Source of the DNA: Flavobacterium sp.
GTDB taxonomy: Bacteria; Bacteroidota; Bacteroidia; Flavobacteriales; Flavobacteriaceae
DNA: 43,861 nucleotides
Direction of reading: 5' to 3'
NCBI RefSeq assembly: GCF_043720215.1
Contig: NZ_JAYSSZ010000060.1
Location: 1 to 43,861, forward strand
The notes beneath the pieces are model-generated. The model was given only the letters and a program-made list of their open reading frames with translations. It did not search any database and had not been told where the DNA came from. This document shows positions 20,802-31,240 of the stretch, piece after piece (position 1 is the stretch's first letter; the number at the start of each line of letters is the position of its first letter). Position numbers and translations under genes: made by a program.

Positions 20802-22436
20802 TTAATTAGGTTTTGTATAATGAACTTCAAATTTTACTCCATCAGGATGGCTGTTATTACCATGTAAAATAGTTCCTGAAGTATTCAAAACAGATGAAAC
20901 AGGTAGTCTGTCAAATTTTCTGTCTAGATTACTTGGAATAGGGTCTGCTATTGAATTTCTCAAAAACGCATGAGCCACTAAGTTTATATTTTCTGTAACA
21001 ACTACTCCTAGTCGCACATTTTTTGTAATACCATCTTTTTCTTTAAGTATCTTATCTACATGTTCAGTAATTCTAATTTTATAAATTAATTTACCACCAA
21101 CAGTTTCAAGTATTCCGCCATGTACTGGTTTATTTAGCTTAGAATCTGAAGGATTTGTAGAATTATCGAAAAAATAATCAAAAAGTGGCGTGTTATTGTC
21201 TGCATCAAAAATGTATATACGTTGTGGATTGGTATAGCCAGTCATTCCGCTTTGAGTTTGATCTACAGTAAAAGTCAAAGTAGCATCATTAACTAATACA
21301 TTTTTTTCTTTTAGATCTGTTAATAAAGCAGCTCCTTGAGTTCCTGTAAATAATTCAACAAAAGCCATACAACCCTGTCCTCCTTTTAGAAATAAATTAG
21401 GCTGTCCTGTTGTTGTTGATGAAGCAATTATGCCATTTGTATAATTTGTATTACTATCTGTATTATCTAATAAATTTACAGTATTTCCAGAGATGTTTAA
21501 AGTAAGACTTTTCATTTCTCTTCCTGTCGCTGGTGCAACTTTATCTTGTTTATAATATATTGTCACATCTCCTTTTGTAAAGTCTAACGCAGTCATAGTT
21601 CCTGATGAAGCATCCTGTACTTGGAAATACAATCCTTTAAAATAAGATTTAAACGCATTATTATTAACAAAACTTCCTGATGTTGCTGGATTAGCAGCTT
21701 TGTCAATAATTTCAGTTTGAAAATAACTAGTTTTCAAATGCAAACGCATTCTTGGAGAATTTCTAGATTCAATATTCGCATCTGTTTTTGGCAAAGGCAC
21801 TAATAAAGTTTCATCAATCTTATACTTCACATATTCTTTATTACTAAATGTAAAAGTTGTATTTTCGTTTGGCCTAGCCAAATCATCGTTTAACACAGGC
21901 CCCATTTTTGCAGTATTGAAATCTCCGTCTTGATCAGAAAAATATCTTTTTGATGTTGTAAAACCAGTTGAAGGATCATAATCTAACATCTCAAATCCAT
22001 TACGAAAAACCTGCAAGTTTATTGTTCCTGTACCTTTTATATTATTTAAAGTATACTCTGTTTTTCCAGAAGAATCGGTTGCTCCTTTTGTACTAATATA
22101 GGGCACGGTTACAATGACACTATCAATTACTATTGTAGGTAAATTATTAAAAGTGGGCGCTACAGTTGCCAAAGTTAATTGCGTAACAAAATTTGCCTTT
22201 GTTTTTCCAAAAACAGGATTGTCATAAATACCTAATTGATTTATTGGTAGATTATTTGTTTGTATTGCTGGGATTTTTTGATTGTAAACCTTAACTTCAG
22301 GCGTTGCAGTTGTGAAATTAAAATTTCCGTTTCCAACTATATCTGACCCTAATGTGTTATAATCTTTATCGCATGAAGCAAAAAATAAAGCAACTAAAAC
22401 AACTGTTAGTTTTCTTAAAAATGTGATATTCATCAT
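20802..22436 (-). CDS. DUF4270 family lipoprotein
   Basis: 544 aa; lipobox FASC, LG.YDNPVFG, F..YFKGLY, ends HYTKPN; sits between the glgA-like gene and glmS. Confidence 0.85.
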   Translation of the reverse strand: MMNITFLRKLTVVLVALFFASCDKDYNTLGSDIVGNGNFNFTTATPEVKVYNQKIPAIQTNNLPINQLGIYDNPVFGKTKANFVTQLTLATVAPTFNNLPTIVIDSVIVTVPYISTKGATDSSGKTEYTLNNIKGTGTINLQVFRNGFEMLDYDPSTGFTTSKRYFSDQDGDFNTAKMGPVLNDDLARPNENTTFTFSNKEYVKYKIDETLLVPLPKTDANIESRNSPRMRLHLKTSYFQTEIIDKAANPATSGSFVNNNAFKSYFKGLYFQVQDASSGTMTALDFTKGDVTIYYKQDKVAPATGREMKSLTLNISGNTVNLLDNTDSNTNYTNGIIASSTTTGQPNLFLKGGQGCMAFVELFTGTQGAALLTDLKEKNVLVNDATLTFTVDQTQSGMTGYTNPQRIYIFDADNNTPLFDYFFDNSTNPSDSKLNKPVHGGILETVGGKLIYKIRITEHVDKILKEKDGITKNVRLGVVVTENINLVAHAFLRNSIADPIPSNLDRKFDRLPVSSVLNTSGTILHGNNSHPDGVKFEVHYTKPN

Positions 22437-22440
22437 CTGA

Positions 22441-23250
22441 TTAACCTAATATTTGATTTTTGTAAAATTGTGTGTACGCTTCCGCGAACTCATCTTTCTG
22501 GGCGAAAGGTAAAAAAGGTTTTTTTGAAGCTTCTATAAATTTTGTTAAATTTGAAGAAATGCTTTCTGAAGCAATGACAATTCCATCAGAATGGTTTATT
22601 GAAGCCATCATAATGTTTTCAAAAGTAGCATCGTCAAGTTCAGCAATGGCACTATGAGGAATACCATCAAACTGGACTTTTTTACTCATTCCGGCATCTA
22701 AACTTCCATCAAAAGACTGATTAAACACTGATGTTACAATTTTAGTATCAGCAAACAAAGCTTCATCTTTATAATAATGTTTCATATAAATTGGTAACAT
22801 TGCTGCCATCCAACCCTGAACATGTATAATATCTGGAACCCAATTTAATTTTTTAACTGTTTCTACAACTCCTTTCGCGAAGAAAATAGCACGCTCGTCA
22901 TTGTCTGGAAACATAACACCCTCTTCATCAGTAAAAGTAGCTTTTCTCTTAAAATATTCGTCATTATCAATAAAATAAACCTGAATACGCTCTTTAGGTA
23001 TCGAAGCTACTTTAATAATTAGTGGCATATCTACGTCATTTACAACAAGATTCATCCCTGAGAGACGAATAACTTCGTGTAATTGATGTCTTCTTTCGTT
23101 TACGTTGCCATAGCGAGGCATAAAAATTCTTATCTGTCCACCTTGATCATTAATCATCTTTGGCACATCATACGACATCAAAGAAACCTCATTTTCAGCC
23201 AGATAGGGCACTACTTCGGACGATACATACAAAATCCTTTTATCCTCCAT
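22441..23250 (-). CDS. Glycogen/starch synthase N-terminal-domain-only protein (GT5 N-domain)
   Basis: 269 aa; RILYVSSEV.P, IFMPRYG, DNDER..FF, PDIIH..GW; no C-terminal GT-B domain. Confidence 0.85.
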   Translation of the reverse strand: MEDKRILYVSSEVVPYLAENEVSLMSYDVPKMINDQGGQIRIFMPRYGNVNERRHQLHEVIRLSGMNLVVNDVDMPLIIKVASIPKERIQVYFIDNDEYFKRKATFTDEEGVMFPDNDERAIFFAKGVVETVKKLNWVPDIIHVQGWMAAMLPIYMKHYYKDEALFADTKIVTSVFNQSFDGSLDAGMSKKVQFDGIPHSAIAELDDATFENIMMASINHSDGIVIASESISSNLTKFIEASKKPFLPFAQKDEFAEAYTQFYKNQILG

Positions 23251-23288
23251 GTTTTTAACTTTGTTTTATTTATTGGATATAAATCAAG

Positions 23289-23335
23289 CAAAATTACAAA
23301 AATTTATGCAAATTAACACTAAAATAGTAAGTTTG
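23289..23335. promoter_or_regulatory. Back-to-back divergent promoters (glgA-like operon / panC operon)
   Basis: Minus TAATTTTG at 23289-23296; plus TAAGTTTG at 23328-23335. Confidence 0.65.
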
Positions 23336-23358
23336 CATCGAATTTTAATGTTTCTAAA

Positions 23359-24207
23359 ATGTCTTTATACGTAAAACAAACTGAGCTTAGAGCCTGTATT
23401 AACTCGTTTTTACTCGATAATAAAACGATTGGATTTGTTCCCACAATGGGTGCTTTACACCAGGGACATTTGTCATTAATGCAAGAATCTCTTAAAAACA
23501 ATGATTTTACGGTGGTTAGTATTTTTGTAAATCCGACACAATTTAACAATCCAAACGATTTAAAAAAATATCCAAGAACTATTGAAAGTGATTTAGAAAA
23601 AATTAACGCTTTGAATTCAGATATTATTGTCTACGCCCCAAATGTTGAAGATATTTATGGTGAAAAAACCGTTTCAAAGTCTTTCGATTACGATGGTTTA
23701 GAGTTTCAGATGGAAGGAAAACACAGACCTGGACATTTTGATGGCGTAGGAACAATCGTAAAAAAATTATTTGAAATCGTAAATCCCAACAATGCTTATT
23801 TTGGCGAAAAAGATTTTCAACAATTGGCTATTGTAAAAAAATTAGTCAAAAAAAATAAAATTCCTGTAAATATAGTTGGCTGTACAATTCACAGAGAGGT
23901 AAACGGATTGGCTATGAGTTCTCGAAACGAGCGTCTTTCGGCAGATGAAAGAACAAAAGCAGCTTTGATTTATAAAACTTTGACGGAAGCAAAAAAACTT
24001 TTTGGCACGAAAACTGCTAGTGAAGTGACGAATTGGGTAACAAAAACATTTAAAAAACAATCGATATTTGAGTTAGAATATTTTGAAATTGCCGATGAAG
24101 AAACACTTCTTACTTGCAAACGAAAATCTAAAACAAAAAACTATCGTGCTTTTATTGCTGTTTTTGTCAACAATTTAAGATTGATTGACAACATTTCATT
24201 AAAATAA
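23359..24207 (+). CDS. panC: Pantoate-beta-alanine ligase
   Basis: 282 aa; [51 protein letters not shown]. Confidence 0.98.
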   Translation: MSLYVKQTELRACINSFLLDNKTIGFVPTMGALHQGHLSLMQESLKNNDFTVVSIFVNPTQFNNPNDLKKYPRTIESDLEKINALNSDIIVYAPNVEDIYGEKTVSKSFDYDGLEFQMEGKHRPGHFDGVGTIVKKLFEIVNPNNAYFGEKDFQQLAIVKKLVKKNKIPVNIVGCTIHREVNGLAMSSRNERLSADERTKAALIYKTLTEAKKLFGTKTASEVTNWVTKTFKKQSIFELEYFEIADEETLLTCKRKSKTKNYRAFIAVFVNNLRLIDNISLK

Positions 24208-24220
24208 TTATCTTTGTGCT

Positions 24221-24571
24221 ATGCAAATTGAAGTAGTAAAATCTAAAATACACCGAGTAACTGTAACTGGCGCCGATTTAAATTATATTGGCAGCATTAC
24301 TATTGATGAAGCTTTACTAGAAGCTTCTAATATTATTGAAGGTGAAAAAGTTAATATTGTAAATATTAATAACGGAGAACGTTTTGAAACTTATGCTATA
24401 AAAGGAGCAAAAAATTCAGGCGAAATAACTCTAAATGGCCCAGCTGCCAGAAAAGTTCATAAAGGCGATATTATTATCATCATGTCATATGCTAGAATGG
24501 ATTTTGAAAAAGCAAAAACCTTCAAGCCATGGTTGGTTTTTCCTAATGAAAAAGATAATTCATTGAAATAG
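24221..24571 (+). CDS. panD: Aspartate 1-decarboxylase
   Basis: 116 aa; [14 protein letters not shown] self-cleavage site, [14 protein letters not shown]; own -7 box TATCTTTG at 24209-24216. Confidence 0.98.
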   Translation: MQIEVVKSKIHRVTVTGADLNYIGSITIDEALLEASNIIEGEKVNIVNINNGERFETYAIKGAKNSGEITLNGPAARKVHKGDIIIIMSYARMDFEKAKTFKPWLVFPNEKDNSLK

Positions 24572-24575
24572 TATT

Positions 24576-25535
24576 TTGAAAAAACTATTAGGCAAATGGC
24601 TCTCGATAGGATTACCTCTTCTTTTAGGAATATATCTTATCTATTATAAATACAACGAATTTACTCCCGAACAGCTTCTTGAAATAAAAAGTTATTTTAA
24701 GAACGCCAATTATTTTTATATTTTTCTATCCTTATTTATTGCTCTTTTTGGCTTTATGTCACGAGCCTATCGCTGGAAATACGCTATAGAACACTTGGGC
24801 TACAAGACTCGTTTTTATAACAATTTGATGGCGGTTTGCGTGGGTTATTTTATGAATTTGACCATTCCTCGATCTGGTGAATTTTCTCGAGCTTTAGTTC
24901 TAAAAAAATATGAAGACATTCCATTCGATAAAGGTTTTGGAACAATTGTGGCTGAAAGAGTTGTAGACACACTCATTTTTTTATTGTTTGTTTTTACTTC
25001 ATTAGTATTTCAATTTAAAGTTCTAAAAGGATATATTTTAGCAAAAATTCCTATCGAAAATCTAATTCTGTTTTCTATTATTGGTTTTATTGGCTTTGTG
25101 ACTTTTCTATTAATTTGGATATATTCTAATTGGAAAATTGTGACTATTATAAAAGAGAAGTTTTCTGGATTAATAGAAGGAATGAGTAGCATTTTGAAAA
25201 TGAAAAACAAATGGAAATTTCTTTTTCATTCCTTTTTTATCTGGTTTACTTATATATTAATGTTTTATGTTACCATTTTTGCCTTAAAAGAAACTAGCAA
25301 CATTAGTTTTGGAGCAGTTATTATTGCTTTTATTTTTGGTAGTTTAGCTGTAGGTTTTACCAATAGTGGTTTTGGCGTTTATCCTTTACTTGTTGCAGAA
25401 ATTTTTATGCTTTATGGCGTTCCGGACACTGCTGGAACTGCTTTTGGTTGGTTAGCATGGACCTCTCAAACTGTTTTAATGATTGTTTTAGGTGGTTTCT
25501 CATTTTTATTTCTTCCTCTTTTAAATAGAAAATAA
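24576..25535 (+). CDS. Lysylphosphatidylglycerol synthase TM / flippase-like (UPF0104) membrane protein
   Basis: 319 aa, TTG start; RAYRW, GYFMN..IPRSGE..R, GTIVAERVVD, multiple TM helices. Confidence 0.88.
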   Translation: MKKLLGKWLSIGLPLLLGIYLIYYKYNEFTPEQLLEIKSYFKNANYFYIFLSLFIALFGFMSRAYRWKYAIEHLGYKTRFYNNLMAVCVGYFMNLTIPRSGEFSRALVLKKYEDIPFDKGFGTIVAERVVDTLIFLLFVFTSLVFQFKVLKGYILAKIPIENLILFSIIGFIGFVTFLLIWIYSNWKIVTIIKEKFSGLIEGMSSILKMKNKWKFLFHSFFIWFTYILMFYVTIFALKETSNISFGAVIIAFIFGSLAVGFTNSGFGVYPLLVAEIFMLYGVPDTAGTAFGWLAWTSQTVLMIVLGGFSFLFLPLLNRK

Positions 25536-25582
25536 TTGCTATATTGCTCATTCAAAAACCATTTCTATAAATTTATCTTTTT

Positions 25583-26845
25583 ATGAAAAATATATTCTTA
25601 GTCCTTTCATTTTTGCTTTCTGTGTCCTTATTTTCCCAAACCACAACAGAAACAATTCACTCAACAAAATTAGATACTGACAGAGAAATTACTATCAAGC
25701 TACCCGCTTCCTATACAACAAATCTCGAAAAAAAATATCCTTTAATTCTAGTTTTAGATAGCGAATATTTATTTAGCCCATTTGAAGGAAATCTTGCCTA
25801 TGGAACATACTGGGAAGATATGCCCGAAGTGATCTTAGTAGGGATTAATCAGAACAAAAATCACGAACGTGATTCTGATTCAGAATTTGATGAAGAAAGT
25901 GGTTTGCCAATAAAAAAAGGCGGCGCTTTTTTTGAATTTATTGGTGCCGAATTATTACCCTATTTAGATAAAAAATATAGAATTGCACCTTTTAAAGTAG
26001 TAGCTGGATTAGATTCAACAGCAGGATTAATAAATGCTTTTTTATACAAAGAAGCGTCACAATTTAACGGTTACATTTCCTTAAGTCCAGAATTAGCAGC
26101 AGGAATGGAAACTAGAGTTGCCGAAAGACTTGCTGCTATCAAAGAACCTCTTTTTTACTATCACGCCACTTCTGATGGAGATTTAAAAAGATTTCAAAAA
26201 GAAATAAAAATATTAGATAAAAATATTACTGCTGTAAAAAATCCGATGCTAAAATATAAGTTTGATGATTTTAAAAATGCCTCTCATTATTCGTTAGTAC
26301 TCCATGCAATACCGAGTGCTTTGTATCAAATATTTGCAGTATATCAACCTATTTCAACTGTAGAATATCAAGAAAAAATTGCGATTCTACCTAATGAACA
26401 TGCTGCCTATCTAGTAGACAAATACAACACTATCGAAAAATGGTTTGGAATAAAAATGAAAGTTCGCCTCAATGATTTTAAAGCCATTGAAGCCGCAATT
26501 TTAAAATCTGGTGACTTTAAAGGTTTCGAAGAATTAGCCCAGATTTCCGGTCAACAATACGAAAAAACGATGCTGTTTGATTACCATATGGGAATGTATT
26601 ACGAGAAAACAAACAATCTAAAACGTGCTATTCTAAGTTACCAAAACGCCTTTACAAAAGAAGAAATTGGTGATCTAACAAAAAATATGATGCTAGAAAA
26701 ATCGGAAGATTTAAAGAAACTAATTCCAGTAAAACCCAAAGGTTTAAAAGGCGGAAAAGCCAAAGAAATTATCGAGGAAACTCCTGCTACAGAAACTCCT
26801 GTTGAAACACCAACCGAGACACCAACCGAAGAGAAAAAACCATAA
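25583..26845 (+). CDS. Exported alpha/beta-hydrolase-fold (IroE/Fes esterase-like) protein with TPR-like tail
   Basis: 420 aa; signal peptide, LP.SY....KKYPL..VLD, FI..ELLPY.D..YR, GYISLSP, SHY; ETP-repeat C-terminus. Confidence 0.8.
   Translation: MKNIFLVLSFLLSVSLFSQTTTETIHSTKLDTDREITIKLPASYTTNLEKKYPLILVLDSEYLFSPFEGNLAYGTYWEDMPEVILVGINQNKNHERDSDSEFDEESGLPIKKGGAFFEFIGAELLPYLDKKYRIAPFKVVAGLDSTAGLINAFLYKEASQFNGYISLSPELAAGMETRVAERLAAIKEPLFYYHATSDGDLKRFQKEIKILDKNITAVKNPMLKYKFDDFKNASHYSLVLHAIPSALYQIFAVYQPISTVEYQEKIAILPNEHAAYLVDKYNTIEKWFGIKMKVRLNDFKAIEAAILKSGDFKGFEELAQISGQQYEKTMLFDYHMGMYYEKTNNLKRAILSYQNAFTKEEIGDLTKNMMLEKSEDLKKLIPVKPKGLKGGKAKEIIEETPATETPVETPTETPTEEKKP
26777..26830 (+). repeat. Coding tandem repeat (ETPAT-ETPV-ETPT-ETPT)
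   Basis: GAAACTCCT x2 and ACACCAACCGA x2 at the 3' end of the 25583 gene. Confidence 0.8.
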
Positions 26846-26847
26846 TA

Positions 26848-28209
26848 ATGGCCAAAGTAAAAACATCTTTTTTTTGCCAAAGTTGCGGGTCACAATACTC
26901 TAAATGGCAAGGCCAATGCAATGCCTGCAAAGAATGGAATACCATTGTTGAAGAAATTATTCAAAAAGAAGAAAAAGTAGCTTGGAAAGCCGAAACATCG
27001 GAAGTAAAAAAAGCATCTAAACCGCTTTTAGTAAAAGAAATAGATTCTACACAAGAAATCCGAATGGACACTTGCGATGGTGAACTAAATCGAGTTTTAG
27101 GCGGCGGAATTGTGCCAGGATCTTTAATCCTTTTAGGTGGAGAACCTGGAATTGGAAAAAGCACATTATTACTTCAAATTTCATTAAAATTACCTTACAA
27201 AACCTTATATGTTTCTGGCGAAGAAAGTCAGAAGCAAATAAAAATGCGTGCCGAAAGAATAACTCCAAACGGCGACAATTGTTATATTCTTACTGAAACC
27301 AAAACACAAAATATATTTCGCCAAATTCAAGAAATTGAACCCGAAATTGTAATCATAGATTCGATTCAAACTTTACATACGGATTATATTGAATCCTCAC
27401 CAGGAAGTATTTCTCAAATTAGAGAAACAACTGCCGAGCTGATAAAATTTGCCAAAGAAACCAATGTCCCTGTAATTCTAATTGGCCATATTACGAAAGA
27501 CGGAAGCATCGCCGGTCCCAAAATTTTGGAACACATGGTCGATACTGTTTTGCAATTTGAAGGCGATAGAAACCACGTGTATAGAATTTTACGTTCGTTA
27601 AAAAATCGTTTTGGCTCTACTGCCGAACTCGGAATTTACGAAATGCAAGGATCCGGATTACGAGAAGTTTCCAATCCCTCAGAAATTTTAATTTCCCACA
27701 AAAACGAAGAATTATCAGGAACTGCAATCGCATCAACCTTAGAAGGAATGCGACCGTTAATGATAGAAATCCAAGCTTTAGTATCTACAGCAGTTTATGG
27801 AACTCCGCAACGAAGCACTACGGGATACAATGCCAAACGACTCAATATGATTCTCGCTGTTCTCGAAAAAAGAGCAGGTTTCCGTTTGGGTGCAAAAGAT
27901 GTTTTCTTGAATATCACTGGAGGAATTTCAGTAGATGATCCTGCGATAGATTTAGCTGTGGTTGCTGCCATATTATCATCTAACGAAGATATTCCTATTA
28001 ATAAAGATTTTTGTTTTGCTGGCGAAGTAGGGCTTTCAGGCGAAATTCGTCCTGTAAACCGTGTTGATCAACGCATTCAAGAAGCAGAAAAACTAGGTTT
28101 TTCTACTATTTATGTGTCTAAATACAACAAAATTTCGTTAAAAAATACTGGAATTAAAATTCGATTAGTCGCTAAAATTGAAGATATCGTGAGTGAATTG
28201 TTTGGTTAG
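26848..28209 (+). CDS. radA: DNA repair protein RadA/Sms
   Basis: 453 aa; C4 zinc finger, GEPGIGKST, KNRFG, Lon-like C-terminus. Confidence 0.98.
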   Translation: MAKVKTSFFCQSCGSQYSKWQGQCNACKEWNTIVEEIIQKEEKVAWKAETSEVKKASKPLLVKEIDSTQEIRMDTCDGELNRVLGGGIVPGSLILLGGEPGIGKSTLLLQISLKLPYKTLYVSGEESQKQIKMRAERITPNGDNCYILTETKTQNIFRQIQEIEPEIVIIDSIQTLHTDYIESSPGSISQIRETTAELIKFAKETNVPVILIGHITKDGSIAGPKILEHMVDTVLQFEGDRNHVYRILRSLKNRFGSTAELGIYEMQGSGLREVSNPSEILISHKNEELSGTAIASTLEGMRPLMIEIQALVSTAVYGTPQRSTTGYNAKRLNMILAVLEKRAGFRLGAKDVFLNITGGISVDDPAIDLAVVAAILSSNEDIPINKDFCFAGEVGLSGEIRPVNRVDQRIQEAEKLGFSTIYVSKYNKISLKNTGIKIRLVAKIEDIVSELFG

Positions 28210-28234
28210 AAATTATAATTTAAAAAACTTTGCT

Positions 28235-28699
28235 ATGAAAAAAATATTGATACTACTCTTTGGTTTATGCATCACACTTTTTTCTTGTGATAAAAAATCT
28301 GTTTATAGCAAATTTTACGATTTACCAGAAAACCATCAATGGCAAAAAACGGACGAGCAAGTCTTTGAATTTACAATTGAAGATGATTCGAAATTGTATG
28401 ATATAATTTTTAAATTTGGTCATGTTTACGATTATCAATTTGATAATATTCCCATAAATTTTGTTATAGAAAATCCATCAGGCGAGAAAGAAAAAACTAC
28501 AATTGATTTAATGATAAAAGACAGTTCTGGAAAAGAAATTGCTGATTGTGGTGGTGATATATGTGATTTAAAATTAAAAATTAAAGAAAAAACAAAACTT
28601 TCTAAAGGAAATTATAAAGTTACTTTTTCTCATTCTTTCAAAGGTCCATATCTACCAAACGTTCTCGGAATTGGTTTGAATGTTGAAATAGTAAATTAA
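28235..28699 (+). CDS. GldH-family lipoprotein (possibly a paralogue)
   Basis: From ATG 28235: MKK..., lipobox LFSC-DKKSVY, W.KTD...F, Y.F.NI, G.YKV...H, ...GIGLNVE, resembling GldH. Confidence 0.7.
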   Translation: MKKILILLFGLCITLFSCDKKSVYSKFYDLPENHQWQKTDEQVFEFTIEDDSKLYDIIFKFGHVYDYQFDNIPINFVIENPSGEKEKTTIDLMIKDSSGKEIADCGGDICDLKLKIKEKTKLSKGNYKVTFSHSFKGPYLPNVLGIGLNVEIVN

Positions 28700-28719
28700 T
28701 CTATTTGTAAATTATTCTA

Positions 28720-29232
28720 ATGAAACCCTATTCCGAAATATTACAAATCACAAATTCCTATCACGAGCTTGGCGAAACCATTCAAGCCGCTAATTTTGTT
28801 ATTGAAGAATATGGCATAAAACACCCAAACTTTAAAGGTTTCGAATTGCGAGAAAAAGCAAAAGCCGACTATATTCTCATGACTACCGAAGGCACTTTTG
28901 GATTAAAACAAATTATTCGAATTCCAGAAAACACATTCGAATTTGAATTTATATTAATGCTTAACCTCATCGCTCACGAAATGATTCATGTAGGTCAGAA
29001 AGTAACTGGTTGTTTTGTAGATGATCGCAACGAACGAGAATGGCAAGCGTATTACGAAATGTTATTTCATAAAAAATACCCTCAAATTCCTGATGTTCCC
29101 AAACACCAGCAAATTTTCTTTGCTAATAAAGCCTTAGATTATTACAGAAAAATGGGAGCGGTATCAGAATTGCAAGCAAAATATGCAACACAAAAGCAAG
29201 AAGTTGATACCTTTGTTGCTTCATTATCATAA
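28720..29232 (+). CDS. Hypothetical protein with HExxH zinc-metallopeptidase-like motif
   Basis: 170 aa; IAHEMIHVGQ ... EREWQAY; no signal peptide. Confidence 0.75.
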   Translation: MKPYSEILQITNSYHELGETIQAANFVIEEYGIKHPNFKGFELREKAKADYILMTTEGTFGLKQIIRIPENTFEFEFILMLNLIAHEMIHVGQKVTGCFVDDRNEREWQAYYEMLFHKKYPQIPDVPKHQQIFFANKALDYYRKMGAVSELQAKYATQKQEVDTFVASLS

Positions 29233-29251
29233 CTAACTGTTTTAAATTTCT

Positions 29252-31213
29252 ATGAGAACCAAAAAACAAACGTTTTTTCTGTTTCTTAAAATCTTAGTTG
29301 CATTTTTATTATCTGCACTTACTGGGGCTTATGTGTTTCGTGATGACTTATTACAAAAAGCAGTTATAAGAATTTCTTCAAAATTTAATACCGATTATAA
29401 TTGCAATTTTTCTGTTCAGAAAGCTCATTTTGATGGTATTTCTGGAATTGAACTAGATAATATTATTTTAGTTCCAAAAGACGCTGACACACTTTTTGTA
29501 GCTGAAAAAATTAAAACAAAAATTAGTTTATTTCAATTGGTTACTGGCGACGTACAATTGCAAAATCTTGAAATAAAAAATGGTTTTATACAGTTAGTGA
29601 AAAATGAAAGTGGAAATAATTTTGATTCTTTTTTAAACTCAAATACTAAAGAAGACACTAACGAAAAACGCAATTATGCAAAATCTATCGATAATATAAT
29701 CTCGAAAGTTTCAAATCTTATTCCAACCCAAATGAGTTTACAAAATATCTCGTTGCGAATAAACGATATGGGTAATAAAACAACTTTTCAAACCAATCAA
29801 TTAGAGCTAAAAAACGATAAATTAGATACTTCAATAAACGTAAAAACCAGTACATTTCTACAAAAATGGAACATTAAAGGTTTAGCAAATCCTAGAGACA
29901 AGACGACCGATTTATATATTACAAATAGCGACCCCACACAAATTCGATTGCCTTATATTAAAGAAAAATTCAATATAGCATCAAGTTTCGATCGTCTGCA
30001 TTTTAAAATTGACGAAATTAATATGAGTTTTGGAGAACTCACTATTAATGGATTTGCTTCAGTAGAAAATTTGACTGTCAACCATCCTAAAATTTCAAAA
30101 AAAAATGTGGTTTTCGACAAAAGTTCTTTCAATTTTAAATTCCTTATTGGAAGTGATTTTATATCTGTAAAAGATAATTCGGAAATAGAAATAAACGATA
30201 TAAAAGTAAGTCCTTACTTTGAATACAACACCAAAGAAGATAAGATTTACAACCTAAAAGCTAAAGTAACAAAAATGAAAGCTCAGGAATTTATAAACTC
30301 ATTACCCAAAGGTTTGTTTTCTCATTTTGAAGGCATGGAAGCCCAAGGTGATTTTGATTATATGCTCGACTTTAAATACAATATTAAGAAACCATGGATG
30401 CTTGTTTTTAATAGTAAATTTAATAAATACAATCTTAAAATTACCAAATACGGTCAAGCCAACTTAGAAAAATTAAATTCAGATTTTACCTATCGCGCTA
30501 TAGAAAACGGAAAACAGCAAAGACCCGTTTTAGTAGGAACTGAAAACACTTTTTATACTCCGTTAGATCAGATATCGCCTTATTTACAAAAAAGCGTTTT
30601 AACCTGCGAAGACCCTTCGTTTATGACGCATCGTGGTTTTGTAACTGAAGCTTTTAAACAATCCATAATTAAGAACATTCGAACTAAAAAGTTTGCTCGT
30701 GGCGCTAGTACGATTAGTATGCAACTGGTGAAAAATGTTTTTTTAACACGAGAAAAAACATTATCTCGCAAACTAGAAGAGATTTTATTAGTTTACTTGC
30801 TAGAAAATAATCGAATTGCAAGTAAAGAACGTATGCTAGAAGTTTATTTTAATATCATTGAATGGGGACCAAATGTTTATGGAATTGGTGAAGCCGCTCC
30901 TTTTTATTTTCAGAAAAAGCCAATTGATTTGACCTTAAAGGAATGTTTATTTCTAGCTTCTATTGTGCCGAAACCTAAAAAATTTATGTATCTCTTTGAT
31001 GAAGAAGGAAAGCTAAAATCATTTGCTACTAAACATGAAGAATTTATCAGTAAACTGATGTTGCGTCGTGGTTTGTTGATGTCAGAAGACACTATTGGAC
31101 AAAAAAATCCTATTACCATTTCAGGTCGAGCTAGAACTCATATGAAATTGAAAGTTCAGGATTCTATTCCTGTAGATTCTCTTTTTGTAAATGAATTAGA
31201 ACCTTTTAATTGA
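29252..31213 (+). CDS. Monofunctional peptidoglycan transglycosylase (GT51) with long N-terminal beta-rich region
   Basis: 653 aa; N-terminal TM, EDPSF..H.G, GASTISMQLVKN, RKLEE, KERMLEVYFN; no transpeptidase domain; -7 box TACCTTTG at 29208-29215. Confidence 0.9.
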   Translation: MRTKKQTFFLFLKILVAFLLSALTGAYVFRDDLLQKAVIRISSKFNTDYNCNFSVQKAHFDGISGIELDNIILVPKDADTLFVAEKIKTKISLFQLVTGDVQLQNLEIKNGFIQLVKNESGNNFDSFLNSNTKEDTNEKRNYAKSIDNIISKVSNLIPTQMSLQNISLRINDMGNKTTFQTNQLELKNDKLDTSINVKTSTFLQKWNIKGLANPRDKTTDLYITNSDPTQIRLPYIKEKFNIASSFDRLHFKIDEINMSFGELTINGFASVENLTVNHPKISKKNVVFDKSSFNFKFLIGSDFISVKDNSEIEINDIKVSPYFEYNTKEDKIYNLKAKVTKMKAQEFINSLPKGLFSHFEGMEAQGDFDYMLDFKYNIKKPWMLVFNSKFNKYNLKITKYGQANLEKLNSDFTYRAIENGKQQRPVLVGTENTFYTPLDQISPYLQKSVLTCEDPSFMTHRGFVTEAFKQSIIKNIRTKKFARGASTISMQLVKNVFLTREKTLSRKLEEILLVYLLENNRIASKERMLEVYFNIIEWGPNVYGIGEAAPFYFQKKPIDLTLKECLFLASIVPKPKKFMYLFDEEGKLKSFATKHEEFISKLMLRRGLLMSEDTIGQKNPITISGRARTHMKLKVQDSIPVDSLFVNELEPFN

Positions 31214-31240
31214 TTTGATTATTTTTAACACAAACGAAAT

